Shown here piece after piece: positions 1-13,316 of a DNA stretch of 64,000 bases. The position numbers were made by a program, and so were the translations under genes. Within the stretch, counting starts at the first letter, position 1; every line of letters begins with the position of its first letter. This DNA is from Dendrobates tinctorius (Eukaryota). The notes below the pieces were generated by a model that did no database searches, had not been told where the DNA came from, and saw nothing but the letters and a program-made list of their open reading frames with translations. Location of the stretch: positions 682,001 through 746,000 of the forward strand of contig NW_027362050.1 of NCBI RefSeq assembly GCF_039654945.1, read 5' to 3'.

Positions 1-515
1 TTTCAGTGGCTGTGCAGGGAGACACGCGCTGAGCAGAGCACCTCGGTGCGGACATCCAGGTATTGGCTGGTGCACAGAGAGATGCACGCCAAGCAGAACA
101 TTGGGGTGTGTACATCCAGGTGTCGGCGGGTACGCAAAGAAACACACGCCGAGTGGAGTCTTGCAGAGAGCTTCATTCTTCTGCTCCGCAGTTAAATGGA
201 CTAGGGGCTCAGCGGGCAAAACCGGTGACCGCCTGCTGCCACCAGAAGAGACACCGTGTGTTGGGCGAGGACGCCTGAAGACACTACACCGGTATCTCAT
301 CACCTGTTAGACCTCCAGAGAGTAATGGATAGAGGAGCTAAACCTGATATAAAGACTGTATGTGGAATAGTGTGGAATAGCAGTTATACTGTTTACCCTG
401 CATCCCCTTTTTCCCTGTTATCTCCCGGCGAGGAGTTTATTACTGTTAATTAAGTAAATAATAGTTAATCCCTACTCTGTGCCTCTGTGTCACTGCATCC
501 AAGTACCTGTGTTAA

Positions 516-945
516 GCTGGAGTCACACATAGCGACTCACCAGCAATCCCGACAACGATATCAATGTGTCAGGATCACTGGTGAGTCGCTATGTGATCGC
601 TGGTGAGCTGTCACACAGACAGCTTCACCAGCGACGCCCAGCGCGCGGCGTCGCTGTGTTCGTTAGTTACCAGCGCGCTGATGCAGGGAGCTGGTTACTA
701 ACGTACACATTGGGTATCCAAGGGACGCTGGTCTCCCGCCTGTCACACGCAGCAATGCATGCTGGCCAGCGGGAGACCAGCGACAAAAGAAATGTCCAGC
801 GGTTTCCTACAGCGATACCGGCAGGCGGGCCGGTCGCTGATCGCTGTCACACACAGCCATCTCGCTGGTGAGATCGCTGTTGTTTCACAAAACTTGTGAC
901 TCAGCAGCGATCTCACTAGCGAGATCGCTATATGTGACGGGGCCC
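516..945. mobile_element. Palindromic MITE (PIF/Harbinger-like)
   Basis: Terminal inverted segments gtcacacatagcga...tcgctatatgtgac, TAA/TTA flanks and internal cagcga/tcgctg repeats. Outermost TIR bases are imperfect. Confidence 0.6.
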
Positions 946-1301
946 TTACACATTTTTTAGTATGCCAGTATTTTTACTCAATTTTTGTGATTTCTTTTGT
1001 GCCATCATGCAAATTTTACTGCCAAAGACGTACAAATGGTTCAAGACAGGAAGAAAGCTCATTGTTAACTTTGCACCAAATTCATTAATCTTATAGGCCC
1101 TTCTGATGAATTTGGCACCAAAAACGGCCAATACCACAAGACAAAAACAAAAAGTGACTTAAATGCTAATGATGAATCGAGGCCATTGTTTTCAAAGGGA
1201 GAGAGTTATAAAATTCTGATTAATGAATTGGTTAGCTTGTACATTTTGGGGATTTGCCTCATGTCCTTTAATAACAGGTTTTACATATAAAGACATCATA
1301 C

Positions 1302-1451
1302 CACATATACTTTTTCTCCATAGGCGGCAACTCCAACTCCACTACGTCGGCTCCTCATTGGAGAAATTGTACTCCACTGCATGGTATCAGGGTTGTACAT
1401 CTCAGCAGTGAACAAGCACTCGTTCTCATTGCATCCTCCACATATATAGAT
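1302..1451 (-). CDS. klhl10: Kelch-like protein 10-like, coding exon 4 (Kelch repeats); last exon lies left of the window
   Basis: cag|ATC...GTG|gtatga; 150 bp, IYICGGCNENECLFTAEMYNPDTMQWSTISPMRSRRSGVGVAAYGEKVYV. Confidence 0.88.
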
Positions 1452-2127
1452 CTGTGAAAAACATAATAGACATAAATACACATAAATTTTATACATACAA
1501 TTTTTTATACATAATGAAGAAGGAACTACCAAAATGTACTTGCACTTCAAAAGAATAGGAGAGTTAGAGAACAAGAATAAGGAAGTAACCATCAAGCGTG
1601 TTGCTTCTCGGTGTGTTAAAGGGAACGTGTCTGTTGATCCATGCTGCCCAAGCCATGGACTGTTGTATCAGAGCCAGGCTGCATAATTATAGGTCTGGTT
1701 TAAAATATTAACCATTCTAGGTGACTGACAGGTCTTTCCCAAGGTGCACATATGAGAGAGAAATATCAGTTAACTTGAACAGTGAAGAGAGCAGTGGTCG
1801 GACCAGTCTCGTCTCTGTGGGCTGGATCTTTGAATTCTGTTTTCTCTGAAATGCCGGAGCTTTTCAGAGTAAAATGTGCATCCCTGAGTGTGTGTGTGTA
1901 TGTATGTGACAGTAATTGGGCAGTATTTGCATTAAAGGACTCAATAGGGGTTCAATACAGTTCCAGGAGACCTCCAAGTGTTATTTTCAAGCAATTAGAT
2001 ATTTTTAAATATTGAGATTCAAGGAAAATTTAAAAAAATCTAACCTTTTGGGAAAATGTAGAATAAGCTGTCAAATTTGAATTTCACACGATCCGCTTAT
2101 CTCTAGTTAAGATGAATATCTCCTTAC

Positions 2128-2730
2128 CTTATCATTCAGTGTGGTGGCACTTGCAGCACTTCTTTGCTCATTCATAGGTGCAATCAAAGTCCATTGGTTG
2201 GTTTCTGGCTCGTATCGTTCAGCAGTCTTTAGATGAAAGTGGCCATCAAAGCCTCCCATTGCATAGATGTTTTCATCCAGATTTGTGACACTGACATAAC
2301 ATCTCTTTGAATGCATCGGTGCTACTTGCTTCCATGTTTTCTTGACTGGGTTAAAACAGTTTACATTGCTAAAATAGTCCACACTATCAAATCCACCAAT
2401 AAGGTACACATAGCCCTTTAAGTATGCTGTTCCATGATGAGCTCTTGGACTTTCCTCTTCACATGTAAGACTGATCCATTTGTCAGCACGAGCATCATAT
2501 GATTCCATGGCATTGGTTGGTCCATCTTCACTCCAACCACCAATGGCAAGCAAGATTGCATAAGGAAGACGGGGTATGCTCATAAGGTTTGAGGGGCCAT
2601 TAGCATTGAGGTTCTGCATGGCTTTGAAAGCATTAGTTAGAATAGGTTGGCACATTTCATTGTCTCTTATATAGATGTTGGATTTAACATTGTTGCCATA
2701 ATATTCGGCGGGCATGAAGGCAAAGCGAAC
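2128..2730 (-). CDS. klhl10: Kelch-like protein 10-like, coding exon 3 (end of BACK, Kelch repeats)
   Basis: ttccag|GTT...AAG|gtaagg; 603 bp; PRLPYAILLAIGGW, YLIGGFDSVDYF, IYAMGGFDG motifs. Confidence 0.92.
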
Positions 2731-3666
2731 CTGGAAAGAAATGTAATGGCTAATATTGTTAAAAAATGCTGTTAATAAATCAGTAACACAAGAAACTTTG
2801 TAACATTTTTCTCCAGCTATTAGCCTTGTGTAATACCCTCTGCCTCCTGAACTTATAACTCGCACAGAAAAAATCAATCGAGCGATTCAGTTCATCAAGG
2901 GATCAGAATACAGCGGTCTATTAAGTCTATTGAGGGGAGAGAGGGAGAAAGGGTGTGGAGCAGAATGAAAGAAAGAGGTGCTGCTTCTTTGTAGTAAGCG
3001 TTTTATCCCCCTCCCCCCTTGTAATGGATTCACAGCTACACTGCTCTCTACTGCTATATAATGTCCTCGATGATGCTGCAGCTTCTGTCTACATTCTACA
3101 AAATGATAGGGAACATGAATCCCTATTGTCTCTCCTGTCACCATGTACCGTGTATAGGAGACATCATAGCAGCTAGTGTAATCCCACAAGCTCATAGACA
3201 ACTGGAATTTGCAGATGGGAAAACTTGTGAAAATGCAGGATTAAAATCATATAATAGCCAGAAATAATGTTTTTTTTCTTATATACACACACATGAAAGG
3301 TTATTTTGAAGTTAGCTGAGAAGACAGGTGTGCTTTAAAAAAAAGAGAACCAGTTGTATCTCGAAAAACAATAAAAAGTATGAAAAGGCAACGAGAACAA
3401 TGTGGAATCAAACACATCTACTGTACTATGCAGAAATTTGTGCAATATATTTTTACCTATCTTTCTATCTAAGCCCGAATGTGAACACAAAGCATCGATG
3501 TAGGTGGCATAGTGCTTAGTAAAGAAACAAACATTCAACAGCACGTTTTTCTTCTTCTGAGCCAATGACCAGACCTTCAGTGATATCAGCTACATGTCTC
3601 AGTCAGCTTTTGTTCAGAATACTTTTAACTCTAGGTGAGGACTTCTTGATCAAAATTCAGCATTAC

Positions 3667-4156
3667 CTCTGGAAGAAGAACTGAGATATACTCTTGCCGG
3701 CTTGCTGGGTTATGATTGATCCACTTTATGATAGCTTGAAATGCAGCTTCCTCCCGTTTAACATTAAGTTCATCTTTCTCTAAAAGACCTTTCAGTTCGG
3801 TAGGTGAAAGTTCAAGGAACTCATCTGAGGTCTTCATTATATTTTCAAAGTTATGCAAGATGTAAGCATATGCCTTCTGGTTAAGCTTGGGGCAATAGTA
3901 ATGCTCGGTAAACTTGTAGATACCAATACTATTTTTTGGGCACAGTTGGTTTATCAGGAAATCAGAGCAAAGTTGAAGAAGACCCAGAATGTTGAAGTAA
4001 TCTGCCGCAATGAAGAGATTTTCCACATTGTCGACATTGATTGGGACAGTCCATGTGTAGGCATACTCTAGAACCAATTTCATTATCTCTGGAGAGAAGC
4101 CAGAAATGTCATGTACCTTCTCTTCACTGTTCTTCCGGCTATTTGTGAACAATGCT
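3667..4156 (-). CDS. klhl10: Kelch-like protein 10-like, coding exon 2 (BTB/BACK)
   Basis: gcag|A GCA TTG...GAG|gtaatg; 490 bp, phase joins exon 1 (YFR-ALFT); LEYAYT, AADYFNI, DELNV, IKWINH motifs. Confidence 0.92.
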
Positions 4157-4499
4157 CTGCAATTAGAAATAAGGTAGAGATAAAAGCATTATCTAGGTGA
4201 GAATTTAATTTACCTATAAGAAATTATTAAATGGAATGATATAGATTAAAAGTTAAAACCTTGATTTTAGGTGAATTGAATTTGCCTCAAATTTTAGCAA
4301 ACAATTGCCCAAATCCAGATATTCAGAATTCTCTTTGGGTCAATCCAGCAAAATGTTGTCTGTCCAGCCACCATTTTTTAGATTATAAATAACCATGAAA
4401 AGGTTAAAAAAAATACACACCCGGCCCTTACATATCCTGACGCACATAATTCTCATTCCATTTGCATAGCTTAAGTTGTACACAAATTAAATTTCCTGA

Positions 4500-4552
4500 A
4501 GAATCATAGAATCGTAGAGTTGGAAGGGACCTCCTGGGCCATCTGGTCCAAC
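4500..4552 (-). mobile_element. CR1 LINE 3' end fragment
   Basis: Reverse complement reads gttggaccagatgg...cccttccaactctacgattctatgatt, the CR1 3' hairpin/(GATTCTAT)n tail. Confidence 0.6.
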
Positions 4553-4882
4553 AAGACATTCACGCAAAGCTGCAAAGTTTACATTTTTGCCAAATTCGCC
4601 CATCTCTAGTTAAAGGGGTCTTCTAGAATTTCTGGCCTTTCCTTATGATGTCAATGTTTGGGGTTTTTAAGGTCACACTAGAGTCTGAAAGCATTCTAGA
4701 TCGATTTGACCCTCTTAATGTACATGAAAGGGCCTGTGAGTTCTGTTATTTAGTGAGGGTCTCATATTGATGAAATATTTAATTCTGGAAAATCCCTTGA
4801 ATATCCATACAATTCGAGTTTACAGCCAATTGTGAGCATTTTCATACATTTAAATTTCCCTTTGAGCATCATAAACACTGAC

Positions 4883-5061
4883 CTAAAGTACGGACTGCAG
4901 CCACACAGGATGTTCTTATGAGCATTGAACTCTACACCACCAACTTTGATAACAATGTCACACAACTTGCCCTCCATTCTAAGCTCATTAAAGATGGTGT
5001 AAGCCATTTTGTCTTCCAGGTAGCTGGTGTAAAAGCTTTCCTCAGAATCCATGGAGAACAT
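4883..5061 (-). CDS. klhl10: Kelch-like protein 10-like, coding exon 1 (start of BTB)
   Basis: ATG at 5061 (alternative 5052); IFNELRMEGKLCDIVIKVGGVEFNAHKNILCGCSPYFR; donor ag|gtcagt. Confidence 0.88.
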
Positions 5062-6197
5062 ATGGTGGCCTTTCCTGTCACTGCATCTTCTAATCTCCAA
5101 GCTGTTTAGCTAAAGGAATCAGAATCTGATGGTCTTTTGTGACATCACAGTCTGCATTCCGTGATGGAATTCTGAATGGAATGGTCCAAGAGGAACACCA
5201 GAGTCCTATCTAATTACTTGTATCATAAAGTTCTATAATCCCTCATTTAATCTAGTCTAAAATTCCTTAATAATCCATGTTCTATCTATCTCCATTGTTT
5301 TTTGCTTCGATTCATAGAACTGACCAGATAGAAAAATAATAAAAGGCTAAATGAAAAAAAAAAATTGGTCTCTTACTCTTTTGTGCACGCTTTGAACCAC
5401 TCTCTATAAATCAAAGAAACAGAGCTACAAAGTATCATCAGCTATGTTTCTGACAGACCTGACCCATCCGTGTAATACACGGTATTTAATTTAAATATAT
5501 TCCATGTAGTGCACCATTTACCGTACATACAATGATTGGATGGCTGCTATCTTCCTTGGTGATCACAGCTTTGTGCCATGATTTTCATAGCTCCAGGAAA
5601 AAAAATACATTTTTTTTTTATTTAAAAAAACCTTCACAGTTACAGATGTCATCCCAAAAAGTTTGTAAATTTGATTTAAATAAGCACTGTTTTATCAAGT
5701 AGTGTTGTAATCTTTTATCTTCAGGAGCGCGCTGCTCCTCCACCGCCTTCTGAAGATTGATCCGGCAGTCCAGCAGGCTTCAGAGGAGTGCTCGCAGGCT
5801 CTGAAGCTAAGTGCCTGCAGGCTGCGGGCACTCCTAACCTAACCTATGGACCAGTAACCTATGTCTACGGTGTAAATTGATTTTAAGAGCACTTTACAAT
5901 TTTAATCAATTATGGACTTGAGACAACATCTTTAAATCCTAAATTCTATACCTCATCTTCCACTTGGCAGGAGTTATGAGCTGAAAAGAACTTAGAGGAC
6001 CCTATTCATTTTCAGCTTTTCTTTTTTTAAATAATTTTTAATAAGTTTTTAATATTTAACAGGAAAGGAAGGGAAGGGTTAACAAGGGATAGGAAAAAGT
6101 AAAAGGTAGAGAACGCCGTTCATACAGTGTTACATCACATTCATTTTCATTTTTAAAATAAGTAATATCTAGTAAAACCTCTGCGGTGTGTTTTTAC

Positions 6198-8671
6198 TGT
6201 CACGGTCACGTGTGTCTGGACACAGCGAGTACCGCAAGGCGAACCTATATGACACACGTGACCCTGGATACACCACCTCCAGTGGGGCGAATTTAAATAA
6301 TAAGACGTACAGCTGGATACGCCGCCTCCAACTGGCGAATTTAGGTATTACACGTTATACATACAGTAGTCTAGAAACCCCGCCCCCAGTAAAGCGAATT
6401 TAAATAATAAAGGGGGAACCTGGGTAACATTAACAATGGTGGGCCCTGCAATAGGGAATAGGGAAGTGCAGACCTCCTGAACTCCCCTGAGCCAGTGTCC
6501 CTGCACTCCTAACGTTCCCTATGCCGGTTCCTCACCGGGCGGCGCACAGGAACCTAAAAACCCTAGCACGCCCTGAACCTACCCTCACTAGGAAATTGGT
6601 CGGTGCGAAAACTAATCCCACCACTGCACTAAACACACATGAGGGAAAATGACAATGCAGGGGAAACACCACTTAGCTTTGCTCTGTTGCGTACGCTCCT
6701 AGCAACAGAGCCCACCACCTGTGTGCATCTTCTCCTCCACCCGGACACATCACCATAACTGGATCCTTCACCATAGTGCAGTCTTGGAGCAGAGTTCACC
6801 ACCAGTTGCAGCTGCCCAGTAAACAGAGTCCCAAAGATGAGTCCAGCTTCTGACAAAAAGTCCAGCATGCTTGAGCCCAGTTTTCAGCAACCAAGTCCAG
6901 CATGCTGAGTGCAACAGTCACCATCGTCGCCACTCCACCAAGCCATGCCAGCACTTCCTGCCGACACCATAAACTGTGACTCCACCACACCATGCCAGCC
7001 CTTCTTGCAGACCACATAGCTGCCACTCGTCCCCTCTGGCTGGGCTGCGCAGGACTCATGTTCAGATCCTTCCCCACCCAGACTTGCTTCCCAAATGATG
7101 AACCCAATATCACCAAACAGTCATCAAACACACCTGAACTCTTTTAAAGAGCCTCACACCAGATTTATAATTATGTGCACTAAACCAAAGAAACTAAAGT
7201 GCACTACCACTCACCACCACCGGGGCAACTTAGAATGAACGACACCACGTGTAATAATTCTAATGGCCACCGGGGGCAATCACATCACTTTGGCACTTAG
7301 CCAAAGGGAAAAAAGTTCACTTATCCATTTAATCTGTCAGATCCACTATGGATCATGACAGTACCCCCTCCTTAATGAGGGGCCTCTGGACCCTCAAGAC
7401 CACTCCTCATTAGGGAAACACCTACAGCGGGAATGCCCAGATCCTGAGTTCACCCCACCACTACCTGACACTTCAGGTTAAAGACAAACGCACCGGTGGT
7501 ATTGGCAATACATGTTCGTTTTGGAGGCACCACTCATCTCCACAGTGCCGACCTGGGGAATGAGGTTATGTATGTGAATGTTTAGTATGCGCTGGTAACA
7601 CTTCGCAACACACTTCCACTGATGGTTTTTTTTTTTGGTGGCCACCCATACACGCTCGTTCACACACAGGTCCGGACCTGAACGTTTATTGCACACATTC
7701 GTTAGTCATAAATTTGGTGAACTCATTCTGGACTCGACAACAGAGGCGTCCCTCCGCTGTCACCACACTCACACCCCCGCTATGCACCAAGGGACACCAC
7801 CCTCCAACCCTTTCACCATGAGGTCTGCGCCTCCCAGGGTTGGTTAATAGCGAGGGGTGAGATTTGCCCCTACTCCCCCGCAGCACACCTGCTGCTCACA
7901 CCTGGAGGTGAAGGGATCAGGATATGGAGGAAATATACACTCGCTGGTCGCCTCCACACGACCAGGAGGGGCGGCTTCTTCGGTGGTATTTGAAGATTTG
8001 GCGTAAGCCCCGCGGACTATCACACCAGTCTGCTCACTACAGGGATGTACCCCTTCACCTCAGGGAACCCCAGACAGCTCCATGGGGATCACCAACTCCA
8101 CCCACCTGTCTGGTTACGTCCGCCTGTATGAACAAGTCCCACTCCCCAGCAGCGACTCTAAGGTGCACTTTGCCAGAGCCGCAGGAATATAGAGGAAAAA
8201 TACACTCGCTGGTCGCCTCCACACGACCAAGAGGGGCAACTTCTTCGGTGGTATTGAAGATTTGGTGTGAGCCCCGCGGACTATACACCAGTCTGCTCAC
8301 TACAGGGACGTAACCCCTTCACCTCGGGGAACCCCAGACAGCACCATGGGGATCACCAACTCCACCCACCTGTCTGGTTACCTCCACCTTTATGAACAAG
8401 TCCCGCTCCCCAGCAGCAACTCAAGGGGGCTTTTGCCAGACCCGCAATTTGCCAAAGCCGCCATTTTGATTTCCTGGTTGCCTGAGCAGAGGCCCCAGAC
8501 CCTGATAACTGCTGCTGCAGCGGCTGTAACACACCTTGCCGCTCCCCACTCACCTCAGTGAGGCCCGGCAGCAATTACTCACAGGTCTCCACATGGCCAA
8601 AGTTCACCAGAAAAAAAAAGTAAGGTTGGTGATAATGTCACGGTCACGTGTGTCTGGACGCAGCGAGTACC
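6198..8671 (-). mobile_element. Non-autonomous Gypsy-type LTR element (family B): 3' LTR 6198-7360, internal 7361-8635, 5' LTR truncated to 36 bp (8636-8671)
   Basis: TGTCA...TGACA LTR; PPT aaggagggggtac abuts the LTR on minus; LTR start repeated at 8636; ~265-bp-period internal duplication (7926/8191); homologous solo LTRs at 46061 and 51467. Confidence 0.82.
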
Positions 8672-9445
8672 TCATATTTCCCAGCTATAAAGCAGCTTAC
8701 TCAGATATTTGCTTCTTTAGTCCCATTATTATGGTAACTTCGATGGCAGCTCGTCAGCAGTAGCCTATTTTTAACACTTTAAACCCAAAGATTATATGTA
8801 AATTGCTTAATCCTTTAATTGTTTTTTTTGGTTTGTTTATTTGTTTGATGTTTTGTGCATATTATGAGTTTTTGCTTGTGTTGACATTTTGGAATCCAAA
8901 CATCCAGAGATTGCATTATCTGTGTGCTGCGAATACTCGGAGCCAAGTCATGTGCTTGGTGCCAGTCTCAGCCTGTTCCTCCTACTCTCCGATATGGTCT
9001 TGGTATTTTTGCCCTTTTCTATAAACCTTTATTACTAAGAATGTGTAGAATATATATTAGTCCTAATATTGCTCCATATAGACTGCTGGAATGTGGGAAA
9101 TGTGAGCGCTGCACTAGACTGTGTTCCTTGCTCGCTCTCGCCCCCTCGTAATCTGGGACTGCCAGCTTTTCCACCCTATCCAGTGCTATCAGTTTATGTC
9201 TATGTGGCCTTCTAGAAATCTGTGACTAGGAGTGGTCTGACCGTGATGCATCTGCTTTAGCAACCTCATATTTATTTATAAACAGAGCCATTTTTCCCGG
9301 CGTCCTACCGACTAGATGACGGAAAATTAGAGAGCAGACATCCTATTAAAAGGTTAGAGACACGAAGAGACATGCCTCTGGAGTCGGTGAGTGAAATAAT
9401 TCTCCTATTGTAACTACTTAACCAAGCAGATACAAAAATAACCAG

Positions 9446-11336
9446 TGTTTTTTTTTAATTAAAGTAATTTTTGTTGAAATTTTCAATGCAAAAAGGAAAA
9501 AACAAACAAAAAGAAAACAACAATCCGCAGTAGAGGTACATACACCTCCAACCCCGCTCTCCCCTTCCCCCCAGTTTACAACCCCAATGCAAACAATATT
9601 TTAATGGTAAAATGGTATAGCTGATTACATATAGTGCCGCTCCCAACATTTTTACAATAGTACAAAGGAAGATAATAACAACAGGTTAACATAAGTCTCA
9701 GTTAAAGAGCTACATATCTGAAGTCTCCTTATTGTAAGCCAAAACAAATTATAATGTAATAATCTCTGTCAGAGTCAAATCTTTGTCCACCTTTATATCG
9801 TCGTATCAAGATAGACCCAACCTGAACCTGGTCAGTTCTCTCGACGCAAGACCAGAATGATCAATCCAACATGCCCATAATTTTTCAAATTTGGAAATAG
9901 AATCTCTCTTGCGATATATACCTCTTTCCAAATTAACTAGCCAGTTAATTTTGATTACATATTCTGCAATTGAGGGGGTTTGGTGGGAGATCCAATACTG
10001 GGATATCAATTTTCTGGCCATAAAAAGCATTCTAGATACAGCTAACTTCCCGACCTCTTCTGCTGGTAAGTCTTCTATATATCCTAGGATACATACAAAG
10101 GGGGTTCTGCTCAGCTCAACCAAATATACTCTATTAATTATTCCTATTACTTCTCTGCAGAACACTTCAAGATTTGGACACGACCATAACATTTGCAGTA
10201 GGGTGGCTGTGTTTGTTCGACACCTTGGACAAAGAGGATTGGGCCTAACTCCAATATCAAATAAAAACTTGGGAGTGCGATAAACTTGATGAGTTACCTA
10301 TAAATGTGACAAATGATGGGAGTCCGGGAACTCTTTTTAATATTTCTGACCATAAATTGTCCTCAATAGGACCAATATCTCGCTCCCACCTCTCCTTCGC
10401 ACGCACAGGATAATTCAGAAGCACCAAATGCAGTATGTCCCAGTATAAATGAGAAATCATCCCAGCTGTTCCTGTGGATTTTTCAATGCGCTGTATAATC
10501 TTATTCTGTTGTATGGGTTTTCCTGCAATGAGGCTTTCTGCTTGGTACGGGTGTCTAAGTTGTAAATACTTGTAAAATTCTGAATTCTGGATCCCAAGTT
10601 CCATATGCAAATAAGTAAAATCTCTAATTCTATCTCCCTCCAATATATGTTCAAATCTACTTATCCCTCTTCGGGCCTAGCTCTCAAAACCTTCCAAGTG
10701 GCTGAGATTAGAAAGGGTAGGGGTATTCCATATAGAAGTATATTGAGACACCCCATGGATATCCTGCATTTTTTAAGCTTTTTCCCATAGTTTGTGTATT
10801 AACAGCAGAGTAGGGAATTCATGTGTTTTTGTATCAAAACCCTCCGAGTCCAATACCGCGTAGAGACTATCCGAGTCGAAGTATTGCTGCAAAAGTTGAC
10901 GCTGAGCTCCCCCAGGATCTTCCCAAACTGCGTATGTGTTGTAACTGTGCTGCCGTGTAGTAAACCCATGGGTTAGGGACAGCCAAACCTCCATTGCTTT
11001 TTTCTCTTTGCAAAAGTTCCTGTCTGATCCGTGAAGGTCCTTTACCCCATATTAACTCTCTAAATAGTGAACTTATCTTATGGAAAAATCTCTGTGGAAT
11101 CCATTGTGGTGAATTGTGTAGCATATATAGTAATTGAGGCATCCAGATGATTTTGTCCAGGTTAGTTCGTCCCACCACCGATAAAGGCAAGCATAGCCAG
11201 ATATCTTTCTTAAGCTTAAACTTAGAAAGAATGGGGAGGAGATTGAGGCTCTCATAATCACTGACCCGCGGTGTAATTTGTACCCCCAAATATTTAAATT
11301 GTGAGAACACCCATAGGTCTGAAAAATTATAATTGG
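9446..11336 (-). mobile_element. 5'-truncated L1-clade LINE, degraded ORF2 C-terminus
   Basis: Frameshifted ORF pieces FKYLGVQIT, LPLSVVGR, GGLAVPN, YLQLRH, CPRC...MLWSCP; poly(A) tail seen as T-run at 9446. Confidence 0.88.
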
Positions 11337-11656
11337 ATGTCCAATGAATCTTGGCTTGAACTTTGGAGACTCAACCTTCATAGGAATATTCTTTGACGAC
11401 AAGCAAACCATATCACCCACTTTAAACCGGGGACCAATGGTTGAAAAATGCCGGTTGAAAAACCGCTGGGCTTTTTCCTGAGAGAGGGGCAACTTATCCA
11501 CCACTTGGTCCCAAATCTGCTGCATTCTCTCTACCACAGTGTCCACACACTTGGGCAGGTGGAAGATTCCACTTGCCCTGAAGAAAATCGAGGATGAAAC
11601 CCAAAGTTACAGAAAAAGGGCGACATCAAAGTGGCAGAACTAGCTCTATTGTTTAG
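11337..11656 (-). mobile_element. Gypsy integrase fragment (family A)
   Basis: Near copy of ~16830-17150 (DTVVERMQQIWDQVVDKL...PKFKPRFIG). Confidence 0.85.
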
Positions 11657-12156
11657 CTGTTGTCAAAAATAATCTATATAATCTATCTATATATATATAT
11701 ATATTCCATTATTGAGGCGTCAGCGTGGCCCCCCGTGCGCGCCGCAATAATGGAAGAGAGAGCTTCACATGACTCTCCCTCTACCATCATTACCCTCTTC
11801 CTCTGACACACAGCGGGTGCGCGATGACATCACTTCATCGCGTCCCCGCTGTGTGCCGGTCTGACTGCAGCGCAGCTCCTGACATCAGAGCAGAGCCGCC
11901 ACCGAAATCAGCGTGGGAGTGAAGCGGAGAGGTGAGCATAGTTTTTCTTTTTAATTTATATAGTGAGTCCTGGTGCATGATTATGATACCCCGTATGATG
12001 GGGGCAGCATAATACCCCATATAAGGAAGGGCAGCATGATACCCCATGAGGGGGGCAGCATGATACCTTATGAGGGGGACTGCATTATATTCTGAAGGGG
12101 CTACATTATATTCTTTGGGGGGGCTGTATTATACCATATAAAGGGGGCTACATTAT

Positions 12157-12390
12157 AGAGAAAGGAAGGAAGAAAGAAAGAAAGAACAGAGAGAAAGAAA
12201 GAAAGAAAGAAAGAACAGAGAAAGGAAGAACATAGAGAGAGAGAAGGAAAGATTAGAGAGAGAGAAAGATTAGAAAGAAAGAACAGAGAGAGAGAGAAAG
12301 GAAGAGGGGAAAGAAAGAAAGAACAGAGAGAGAGAGAAAGAAACAGAGAGAAAGAACAGAGAGAGAGAGAAACAGAGAGAGAAAGAAAGA
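12157..12390. repeat. (GA)n/(GAAA)n purine microsatellite
   Basis: Directly visible. Confidence 0.9.
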
Positions 12391-12765
12391 TTCTATAAAG
12401 ATACTATAGCAGCCCAGCTCCCATTATAGTGCCCACCTGAGCCTCCTGATGCAGGACATATCATCGCTCACATGTTCGACATCCCAGAGTCCAAGGCGAT
12501 CCTGCTGTCCGCGCTGTCGGAGGAGACGGTGATGAATCTGAAGCATTCCCTGAGGTGCCTCCATGGTTCCGTCACAATCTCCTCCCGAAATTACCTAATT
12601 TCCGGTCAGCTTCCAGCACGTCACTTCTGGTGGAACATCACGTGCAAATTTTAAAGTGCTCCTCGGGGCTCTGCCATGTACTCCTGTGTCCACGAGAAAA
12701 GTAAGCTTCCGACCGGGGCAGACTCTCTCAAAATCGAGACGGTTGGGAGGTATGAATGCTCCTCA

Positions 12766-13050
12766 CTATACACCTTGTACACGCATAGCTCCGCGCACCT
12801 CATACACACACGGTTCCGCTTTCTATGCCTCGTACACACACGGCTCCACTCCGTACACCTCGTACACATGCGGCTCCGCTCTATAAACTTCGTACACACG
12901 TGGCTCCGCTCCGTACACCTCATACATACGCGGCTCCGCTCCGTACACCTCGCACACACGCAGCTCCGCTCCATACACCTCGTACACACGCGGCTTCACT
13001 CCGTACACACACTGCTCTGCTCCGTACACCTCGTACACACATGGCTCTGC
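12766..13050. repeat. 30-bp minisatellite (cggctccgctccgtacacctcgtacacacg), about 9 copies
   Basis: Tandem 30-bp periodicity; lies inside a putative hAT-like element ending ggtagctacgctactg at ~13316. Confidence 0.88.
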
Positions 13051-13316
13051 TACATCCACCCAGTAAATTCCTCCTGACCCCACACAGATACTTCCCTTCA
13101 TCCAGCACCATGACAACCAGCATACACTGAGAGGCCCCTGATCATGTGACCTCGACTCCTCCCCTCCTGTGACCTCATCACAGGTCCTGTGGCAGAGAAG
13201 AGAACATAGCGGCATAGCAGGGAGATGATCGATTCTCCCTGCTCTACTGCAGATACAGTTACAGTAGCGTAAATCCGGGTGGGCCCCCTCTGCCCCCCTG
13301 GTAGCTACGCTACTGG

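Noticed and set aside
1-510. Possible LTR 3' portion at the window start
   Set aside because: LTR-like composition, but no partner, terminus or TSD visible.
4762-5100. ORF-track start at 5100 for klhl10
   Set aside because: TTG start; the first in-frame ATG is 5061 and the ORF tail past 4883 is intron.
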